Of a stretch of 64,000 bases of DNA, positions 54,415 through 64,000 are shown piece after piece. Location: contig CM022670.1 of NCBI GenBank assembly GCA_012295275.1, forward strand, positions 19,902,001 through 19,966,000, in the 5' to 3' direction. The notes under the pieces were generated by a model, which saw nothing but the letters and a program-made list of their open reading frames with translations, had not been told where the DNA came from and ran no database searches. The stretch comes from Chrysomallon squamiferum. Lineage: Eukaryota > Animalia > Mollusca. The position numbers were made by a program, and so were the translations under genes. Within the stretch, counting starts at the first letter, position 1; each line of letters opens with the position of its first letter.

Positions 54415-56639
54415 AAATATAAGATAATGTGGTATACAGTACAGTGTCAAAATGAAATATCTTTAACGTACTGTTTTATACAATATATATTTTTTAAATT
54501 ACTAATTTGTCACTGAGGATCGACAAAGCTGAGAAGATTCTGTACTGCCTGAAATAGAAGTTGCATTTTTAAGATTATTACCGACGTTTTGTATTTAATT
54601 TGTTTTCGTATCCTTCCTTTTTTTTTTTTTTTTTTTTTTTTTGTTTGTCGATCCATTTTGTGCTTAAGAATGATCAAAAAGATGATATATTCTCCTTAAC
54701 CCGTTTTCTTACTGAAGAAAGTAATTATCTCCCTTTGCAAAGGTTCAGGCTCATAAAGCAAGACATTTATTTCCAACCCCACATTATTTTCGGACACGCG
54801 GTCTTTGCCAGGTGTCGTAAACGCCAAGGCAGATTTATGTAGAAAACCATTCGGCTGTTCACAAACACCAGAATTACTTCTTATGACATTAATAAATCGA
54901 TTTTCTAAAGGTTCATTTAATCAAAATCAGTAAACCTAATTATAAAATTATTTACCATTAAACATCATATATCAAAATTAGGCTTGTCAGATTCTGTGGA
55001 TCAACGGAATGAAAACGTCAAGTTGGAGAGGTTTCGATTTCATTTAATTCAATAAAAAGATTCGATAAAATTGCTTACGTTATCTTGCCATGTATTCGAG
55101 GTTATGACTTATACATGTATATGTTAAGAACTTTTGACGTTGAGGTAATTTTTCTATTTTTCATGTTTTGGTTTGGTCTTATTATTTATTCTTTGGCTTG
55201 TTTTCTTATTCTTCATGTTTTGTTTTTCTTTCTTTTTTACTTCTTATTTTTGTGCGGATCTTTTTATTTTTTTTTTTTTTTTTTTTAATTAATTATTTAT
55301 TTATTTATTTATTTATATTATCTTATTTATAAGGACTGAAGGACATGAAACTAGGTGAGATTCTTCACATCCGAGATTTCGTTAAGGTAAAATGAACCTG
55401 CAAGTACTGTTTTATATGATTGATTTAATCTTCCCATCTGTTTGTTGACATCATTAATTCTGTCACAAATGCACGTGTTATTGCCAAGGCAACCAAAACC
55501 GACATGCTCGCTGGCAAATCAACTTGCAAATTGTGGCATTGTAAAAACAAGAATGAAGACATAAAAGGCGCAAATTTGCCAATAATAATTCGAACCCGCC
55601 TTTGTACTTCCTCCCACTGTGAAAGACTTGGCCAGATGACCACTACTCGAAGAACCATGTTGATTAATGAACTTAATAACGTTTTCTTCACACTTTATAA
55701 GTCACACGGCAGGGTCGAGATATGAAGCATTAGAAACTATCTGACTAGAAAAGAAATACGAATAAATTAGCTTAATATATTTTGTATTCTTCGGGCTTTT
55801 GACAATGTTTCTCAAAAGTATTCTCTCCTTTCTGTAAAGAGACTGATAATCAAATAACAAGCTGATGTTATGCATGTACGAAGGTTTACATTTATCTCTG
55901 CATATATAGAAATCTAAGTAATTCATACAAAAACAGTAATAATATTAATAATACAATTTTGTTAAAACGAAAACAACTATACACTGTTCTACTGTACTAG
56001 TAAGAAAGTCTGTTTGGAATCATGCAATTTTTGTACCATCAACTTCAAGTACTTTTGAACGAAACAAATTTGACCGATTCTATTAATACACATTAAAATA
56101 AAACATATTTTTAAAAAATATAAAATAAATAAATAAATAAATGTGATATAAAATGAAAGAAATATCTAAGGAAAATTTTAACATGATTACATTTACTAAT
56201 CAGAATTAGTACAGAGATTAGAATTTGCAGGTATATCTGGAATGTTATGGATAATTCACTTTTGATTTTTGATTTAATTTGATTTATTTAGTTGTTGTTG
56301 TTGTGGAGGATTTGGGGTTTTTTTTTGGGGGGGGTATTGTTTTTTAGAAGAAAAAAACCCCAGACGAATGAATAAAACACAGACGATAAGTTTGGAACCA
56401 GTAAGATATCAACATTATGATTACTGCTATGATTATTCATTAGTGACTTTTAACCTTGGCGGCAAACTGAACATATCGAAGATAAAGATTAATTGGTTTC
56501 TGTTTATAAAAGCTGACCTCTTCTTAACACTATAAGAATAAATTGAATTATGGGTATTCTATTATTACTCAAATGTGAACATCGAGCAGCTTCTATGTGT
56601 TTACTGTTACGAGACTAGATCTTTGAAATGAGCAAAAAG

Positions 56640-56915
56640 TTTGTTATTCAGTGGTTTGAAAGGATGGTGGACTTCTGATATGTTGAAGGATCAGCTCATG
56701 TCAATGCTCCAATATTTTTTCTATCACAGCCATTTTCACTGTTTATATTAAATGCTGTCGAATATACTTTCCTCCGTATGAGAACGTGTCAATCGATAAA
56801 GAGGAGGCAGCCGTTGGAAAACAGCGTATTTTCACTTTCATCTGTGCATAATCCTTAAATATATGTATTACACCTTTTATATGCAGATTAATACGTCGTT
56901 AAATAAAACATTTCA
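56640..56915 (+). mobile_element. Decayed SINE copy
   Basis: Same motif order as the other copies, ending ACGTCGTTAAATAAAACATTTC. Confidence 0.4.
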
Positions 56916-59547
56916 TACATTTTAGATACGTACCGTGCAGCCAGTGTTTATTGTTTTTTTGTTTTTTTATATGTTTACAATTAGACAAACACCATCTTTT
57001 TAGAAATTATTATTATACAGACTACACGAGTTACGTTAAAGAAAACATTAAAAAATGACACATTGACAAAAAACAAATATAACAATAAATAATTCTGTGA
57101 AGAAATGGTTTCCTACTGATAATGCAGTGCTTTTCATTGCATTTTTATTTATTTTTTAATCATCTTAAATACATCGTTTTACAATGATCTTATGTTACTT
57201 GTTGCTTTGTTTTAATTTGTGATTTTGCTAATGTGTTCTATTTTTTATTTATTTGTTCTCATTCTCATCGGGCTATCGGCGCCAGATAATGTGGCATCAC
57301 AAAATCCATACTGCTATTTCCTATGTAATAATATTTTATAATACAAATGCAAGAGAAGAATTCATAGCAATTTAATTCAGTATGCAGAAAAATACGACGA
57401 TTTACGCGTTTACTAAAGCAGTTTTGTAACAAAACGAGTTTTCACAATATTTTCAGAAGTTGAATAGCAATCTCTCTCTTCTCTCTCTCTCTCTCTCTCT
57501 CTCTCATCAATGGAATACGAGTAATTGAATGTACAGATGTTGTGACTGGCTGATTCAAAAATAATAAATTAAAAAATATATATTAATCATAAAGAGATCG
57601 ATTGTAGTTCAGAGGATAGAATGCTTGTTTGCGTTTTATGAGATCATACGTAGAACACTTTTATTGATCTATTTCTCAGTGCCCGACAAATTGTTTTTCA
57701 ATCTGTTTATTTTTCATTTCTTTATCAGCTTGGAGGATTCTAATTTTCTGTCTCAAGACGTGTCGATTACATAACATAGTGGCTTCCAGTATATTCCAGA
57801 TTCATTACCTGTTACTCAGTCATTTTTATGATTAAATGGAAATGCATTACTTCTTCGAATATGACGAATGCACAATGGAAAATAGTTCAACATACAAATG
57901 ACATCATTACAGAAATGCATCTAATAACGGCACTCAGCCGGAAACTAATGCGGAATCACTTTTCTGTCATCATAACGTTTGATGCAATACATCATTGGTG
58001 AATTACTTTTTATTTCGATAAAAGGCACAGCACACTGGATATCATTTTCCATTTATTTGGGATAATCGGAGAAAAACTGAAATCTTTAAACTAATCTGAT
58101 GCCTTTTGCAAAAGATCAAAAAGATCATGGCCCTTATCACTGAAATAATTTCGATATAAACGAACCAAAACGAATTCAAAAAATATATATAAAAGATAGA
58201 TTTGTGGTAATTCAGTATGACTGATTACTTTGTGGTGAAAGGACTGAATGTCAGCTTATTAAACCATGTTAAAAAAAATATATAACTGTTTTGCTATATA
58301 TACATATAAATAACATACGTAAACATACTTATTACATATTCAAATATCAAAGAATATTATGCAGATGATCGATATATCAATCAGTTGACGAATATAAACT
58401 GACAACAAAGGGGTGTAAGTGAAAAAATGCTTTTTACATTATCTGTCTCGAAAAAGAAAAATGCCATTAGACTTACTAACAAATACCGTAGATCCAGTTC
58501 ATGTCTATAATAATATATTTGAATTATTCTGTATTTCATTATTTCAGAATTAAATTAAGTAGATAGAAAGGAAAACTAACACTTATTATGGAATAAATAT
58601 ATCGGCTATAACAAAATTATTTTCATTTAACTGAAGATGACTTTTTTTACATATGTATTTTACAGACTTCATTCACTTGATCTAAAATATTTCTTCATTG
58701 AATAAAACGTTGTTAGATCAAACGGCAGCTGTGTTTAATTTTTTTAGGTGATTATAAGAGTATACTGAATAACTCATGATCCGACTGAATGGTCGGAATG
58801 GTCGAAAAAAATTATAGCACAGTATGTTGTTACATGGGTTGCTTCACAATTTAGCTTTAGCTTTACACTCGTACGTGTGGTTCAGAAATTAAATGTATTA
58901 GACTTCTCCAAACAGGTACGTGGTTTTTTTTACTTCCATACGATAATACATTAATAAAGTAATAAACTAAAGATGGTGGTAATAGCAGCAGTAATAGTTC
59001 TGTTAGTAGTAATACTAATTATTAAAAGTAGTGATGAAAACGATGGAGGTGGTGGCAGTAACAGTAGCATTACGAGTAAATTATATCATATATACAAGGA
59101 TACGTTACATAAAAATAAATTTTAGACCTTATCTTTACTGCTGCGTATCACTGTTGATACAATATCAGAACTTTAAGGTTACAAAAATCAAACTGAATTA
59201 AAATGTGAACTATAAACTAAAACCACAGTCTAAATAAATTAGTAATATTAGACAAACAGAGTAGAAGGAATAGTAAACCCATTAAAAACTATAATACAAT
59301 GTGCAGCCTCTTTTATTTACAATTAGCTTGGCTTATACAAAAAATGTTATTAATTTGCATTATTTGATAAGCTTACTCTTTATTAGGTAAACAGTTTGTT
59401 TCTGTGATACATTTGCTCTTCCCTTTTTCATATCAAGCTAAAAACTTCAATCACAAATAAATAAATAAAATAGTAAGTCCATCATTTTACTGCCATTAGG
59501 TGAAAAGGGACTCAGTCTTTTGTGATATTATAATATTCGTGAAGTTT

Positions 59548-59605
<58 letters not shown>

Positions 59606-60034
59606 GTTTGCTTTTTTGTTGTTTTGTTGTTGCTTTTATTAAAGGTCCATTGAATTTTAGAATATTACCGTGAATTCACCTTCTATAAGAAGAATTTGAA
59701 TTATCTATCTGAATGTAAACAGTTATTATCTGCTAAAATAATTATATAATTTTGAACTGCTTGAAAGTCAGACTCTTTAATCGCTCAATTTAATCAAATT
59801 TAGTTTAATATAATTTTACATATCAGAAAATAAATAAATAAATAATAAATTGGGGTTTTTAATATAAAGCTCAGTATTTTAGAGTTGCTTCTTTTTATTT
59901 TGTCAATTCGTTTACATTTATCTAAAACACACACACAAACACATTGATTTATTTATTCTGTATTTGACGAATAATTTCTCTTTTAATTCAAATTATAAAC
60001 ATGAGATCATAATAGCTAATAAAAAGAGCTTTTA

Positions 60035-60085
<51 letters not shown>

Positions 60086-60424
60086 TTACAGCACATGCAA
60101 ATGGGGAGGGACGTAGAAAGATAGGTTCTTTAAGAAAAACGTGAAAGAACAATTTTTGTTGTTGTTGTTTTTTGTTTGTTGTTGTTTGATTGTTTTGCTA
60201 TTGTTGTTATTGTTGTTGTTGTTTGAAAAAAAAAAAAATCTTGTACAGGTAATCAATCCAGAAAACGACGACACAGTTGACAGTTTCTGTTTGTTTTGCG
60301 ATAAACTGAAAGTAAAATATATATAACTTTTTCTAAAAAATAGTGAAATATTTTGTTTGTTTTTTTAATTTATTTATTTAATGTTTTATTAATTTTGAAA
60401 CACTTAATTTATATAATAACAAAA

Positions 60425-60587
60425 ATTAGGCGGAATGTGATGCGAGTATAACAAACTCCAACCAATAAGAATTCATGTTATATCTGTAGGAGGTTAGAGA
60501 ATTACCAGTGGCGGGAAAGGTTACATTCCTGGGTCGACACGTTCAGCAGACAGTAGGTTTTGTAGTTTCCTTAGAAAAAAAGACAGC
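60425..60587 (+). promoter_or_regulatory. Probable proximal promoter/5'UTR of the vasa-like gene
   Basis: CCAAT at 60462-60466 and E2F-type GGCGGGAAA at 60510-60518, immediately upstream of the ATG at 60588; locally CpG-containing. Confidence 0.45.
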
Positions 60588-60620
60588 ATGGCTGAAGAAT
60601 GGGATAGCAGCGCAGCACAA
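60588..60620 (+). CDS. vasa: vasa/DDX4-like RNA helicase coding exon 1
   Basis: AGC-ATG-G context; reads MAEEWDSSAAQ|gtatgt. An acidic N-terminus with EEWD is typical of Vasa proteins. The helicase core lies outside the window. Confidence 0.72.
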
Positions 60621-61089
60621 GTATGTTTTATAACTTAGCATTTGGATAGAAATGAAACTCTTTAACGAAAATTAATTTGTTAATGATATAAAGTGAATAT
60701 AGTAAAATACTGATAGTAAATAATACATGTTTGTAAGACGATATGGTAACCAAACGGCGTCTAGTTGAAGCGAAAGAAAATTAATGAATTATTATATTTT
60801 TATTAACCCCATCTTATTGTGTTGTTTTTAGTTTAGTTTTTCAAATGCTTCAGGATATCCTGTAACAGTTTTGTTTTCAAACAAATGGGAGAAGATTAGT
60901 TTTGTATCGCTGAGATGAACTGCGCACTGTTAAAACAGCTGATAAAAATGGCGTCTTATTCATAAACTTATCCCTGTATTGAAGATTTTTTATCATATTT
61001 TAAAATGATAAAGAAACAAATTGACAATAAATGTTTTGTAATCAAAAAAGTATTTTGTAAATCATTTTTAGAACACTAATTACGCATTC

Positions 61090-61124
<35 letters not shown>

Positions 61125-61515
61125 ACAGCGTTATTATTCGTACATTAGTATAGACTAGACTATACTATAGTTGGTCATATTTCTAGATTTTATCATTCAG
61201 AATGAATCATTTACTATTTAAAAACATTAGTGTGACTTAAAACGCCTTTAATAACTGACAGTTAATACCTGTAAATAGAAATGCTGGAGATGCCGAAAAC
61301 ACTGTAAATTCCATACTGTTAAACTTGAACTTGCTATAATTTAGTGGGTGTGTTTATATTTCAAAACAAAACAAAGCAAATAATTTAAAATGTGTAAGTG
61401 TTCAGTACTACTTTCTTTTCTTTTGTTTTTGCATAGAAATTGTGACCAGAAAAAGCAGTATATCTAAATGTACATCAGTTTTCTATTAATAAATGGAAAA
61501 TAATTTTCTTTTCAG

Positions 61516-61538
61516 CCAAGCACAGGTGGCTTTGCAGG
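61516..61538 (+). CDS. vasa: vasa-like microexon 2 (23 nt)
   Basis: ttttcttttcag|CCA AGC ACA GGT GGC TTT GCA GG|gtatgt (PSTGGFAG). Phase 0 to 2 links exon 1 to exon 3 in frame. Confidence 0.68.
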
Positions 61539-62595
61539 GTATGTATTACCAAATATAGGATACTCTTACTAGAAATATTTGTATTCTCTGTTTTCACTCT
61601 GTAAATAATTGAATGATAAATCAGTCCTAGTGATTGTTACAAGTATTCAAAGGGTTGCTCAGTATAAGGATTTTATTTTTAGCATCACACCTTAATTTAT
61701 ATTTCCATCTAAAAAAATTATAATGAAAGTTGCATGTGCACCCACATCAAGCATTGACACATCACAATGTTGTTTCTGTGTGAATTTATTATAACTATTC
61801 TCAACTACCAATCCAGTGTCAGAGGTGTTACAGGGTTTGATGGAATGAGTTCTTTATCTAACGAACTTAGATTAATATAAAGATCTTGTTTTTGTATAAT
61901 ACGACATATTTAACATTTAAGTTGCAATGTTTCTATTGAGGTTGTATATCATTGATTCCAAAAGAGAATTGCATGCAGACATGGTGTCAAATACATTTGT
62001 TTGTATTTGAGATTTTCATAATGGAAATTTTTTGTATTAATATTTAAATATTACCCAAAAAATGTTTTATTTTTTATTTTTATAAATACATTAACATACT
62101 TTTAAAATATTATTTAATGCATTGATCTGATTGTTTTGTGGCCAACATGACTTTTCTGAAAACAATTTGATCACTGAATTGCATGTGAAGAATTATGAAG
62201 GAATTGTCTTCTGTCTGTGATCATGATGAATTTCAATTATCTTTTTGATGTAATGATGCATACCAGCATTGTCTGCACCAGTGGAGAAAATATTAAGTAT
62301 ACATATCAAGACCTTTTGCCCCAACAGATATCATCTAAATAAGAATATTGAAAATATGCTTTTCCTGAGGTATATTCAAAAAAATTCACATATTGATGTG
62401 AAATATTGTTGATCCTGTTATGTAATAAAAAAAAAAGCAAATGAAAAACAATAAATTTGAAATGCTTCCACATGTATTTGAATTTATATACAATTCAGTG
62501 TATTTTACAATCTCTGATTGCATGTATATTTAACATAGTTGATTCATTTATATTATGGATACTTTTTTTCCTTCTTTTTTCTTGTAATAATTTAG

Positions 62596-63098
62596 TCGTG
62601 GATTTGGTCGTGGAATTTTGGGTAAGACTGCTCTGCCTACTGATCTTACAAATGGAGTTGGCTCCACTGAAACAAAAAAATTTGGCTCTCGTGGTCGAGG
62701 AGGCCTTGCCAACAAAGAAAACGTAAATGGTTCTGATGATGTTAAGCCAGGATTTGGTAATGCACCATCCTTTGGTGGTGGTTTTGGTTCAAAGAGAGGA
62801 GGATTTGGAGGTGGACAATCTGTGCCTAGCAATTCTAGTGATTCTCAACCAAGTAGGAGTGGATTTGGTGGGGGCAGGGGTGGATTTGGTGGTGGCAGAG
62901 GTGGATTTGGGAACAGCAGTGTGAAAAATGATTGGGACAATTCAGAAAACTCAGACAGCAAACCAGGAAGAGGTTTTGGAGGAGCAAGAGGTGGATTTGG
63001 TGGTGGAAGCAGTAGATATAATGATGAAAGTTCTCAATCTAATCAAAATCGAGGATTTGGCACCAGCAGAGGTGGATTTGGCAGAGGAGGTGCTAGAG
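62596..63098 (+). CDS. vasa: vasa-like exon 3: RGG/FG-rich disordered region
   Basis: tttag|T CGT GGA TTT GGT CGT GGA… reading GRGFGRGILGKTALP…RGGFGGGRGGFG…KNDWDN…RGGFGRGGAR G|gtaaga; 503 nt, phase 2 to 1. Confidence 0.78.
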
Positions 63099-63320
63099 GT
63101 AAGATTTTTTAAAATTATTATTCACTTTTTAAATTTTTATATGCATAAATTATATTTGATTAATAAATGTGAATATGTATGATTATTTTTGTTGAATATA
63201 TACTAATAAATGTACTAATAAAGCTAATGGTCATGTTTCGTTGTTTGGTGATCTTTATGTGTAATAATTACTTCTGTATTAATAAATTTATAATAGAAAA
63301 AATATTTGTTTGCTATTCAG

Positions 63321-63360
63321 GTTTTGGATTTAGGAACGATTCTGGTGATGATGCACCTCG
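63321..63360 (+). CDS. vasa: vasa-like microexon 4 (40 nt)
   Basis: tgctattcag|(G)FGFRNDSGDDAP(R)|gtaaga; phase 1 to 2. Confidence 0.7.
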
Positions 63361-63686
63361 GTAAGATTTGATTTGTTACATTTTTATTTTATTTTTTGTG
63401 ATACATTTTATTAGAAAATTGAATTGATTAATGCATTTAAATTGGTAAACAGCAATTGTAAACAAAGATAGAATTGGATATCTGGACAAATGTACTTTGA
63501 ATCATACTAGCTATTGCTGAAACATTCCATAAAGTAAATGTTTTTTTTGTCTCAGTATTTTGAACTTTGTCAGGTTTTTTTCAGGCATGTTTTAAAACAT
63601 CTCCAAAAGTTACAAGTTAAACTTTTTTTTTATTTTCTTTTTTTTTTGCTCTGGAAAAACATTATGAATGTGTTTTTATTTTGCAG

Positions 63687-63712
63687 CGGTGGAGGTTTTA
63701 GTCAAAAATATG
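63687..63712 (+). CDS. vasa: vasa-like microexon 5 (26 nt)
   Basis: ttttattttgcag|(R)GGGFSQKY(G)|gtgagt; phase 2 to 1. Confidence 0.68.
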
Positions 63713-63985
63713 GTGAGTTGACGTTTGCATTTATATAATCCATTCAGAAAAGAAGAGGATATTTCAAATCCTAAGAATCTAGTAGCTCAATTTGGCTTTA
63801 ATTAAAATGTTTAGGAGAACAGTTTCATCTGCTTTATCCAATATGCTTAGTCCTCATCCTTGCACATTTTTCTGATAAATAAATGCTTTATTTCATGCCC
63901 AGTGTTTTTATTTGCTTTTTTCTCTTTTTCCTTTTAACCTAAATATCATATGCTTAAAAATGCATGTCATTTCATTGGTCTAAAG

Positions 63986-64000
63986 GTGGAGGTGAGGGTG
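63986..64000 (+). CDS. vasa: vasa-like exon 6 start (truncated by the window end)
   Basis: …ttggtctaaag|GT GGA GGT GAG GGT G gives GGGEG in the required phase 1. The acceptor is weak and only 15 nt are visible. Confidence 0.4.

Noticed and set aside
62457-63182. Alternative-frame and antisense ORFs over the RGG exon
   Set aside because: These are shadow ORFs of a G-rich repetitive coding exon. Only the RGG frame fits the splice phases.

Overview
This is an AT-rich, microsatellite-dense, intron-rich eukaryotic window. It looks invertebrate, and a mollusc/gastropod origin is my inference from gene and repeat content. Three spliced protein-coding genes can be reconstructed with canonical GT-AG junctions and consistent phases. 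(1) A + strand class A peptide-type GPCR, exons 2-6 at 7891-17286; exon 1 was not found and is probably upstream of the window. (2) A complete - strand paralogous GPCR, 6 exons at 50746->22520, about 455 aa, arranged tail-to-tail with the first and sharing its intron positions; both resemble the orphan GPRnna14-like family. (3) The 5' end of a probable vasa/DDX4 gene from 60588 on +, with microexons and a large RGG/FG-rich exon carrying an in-frame internal splice donor. Introns contain a Tigger/pogo-like terminus, a decayed Tc1 transposase, a hAT-like MITE, several decayed copies of one SINE family and many simple repeats. Most ORFs in the supplied track are microsatellite artefacts. No prokaryotic system, CRISPR array, rRNA or intact tRNA was seen. 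Family assignments come from recalled motifs, not database searches.
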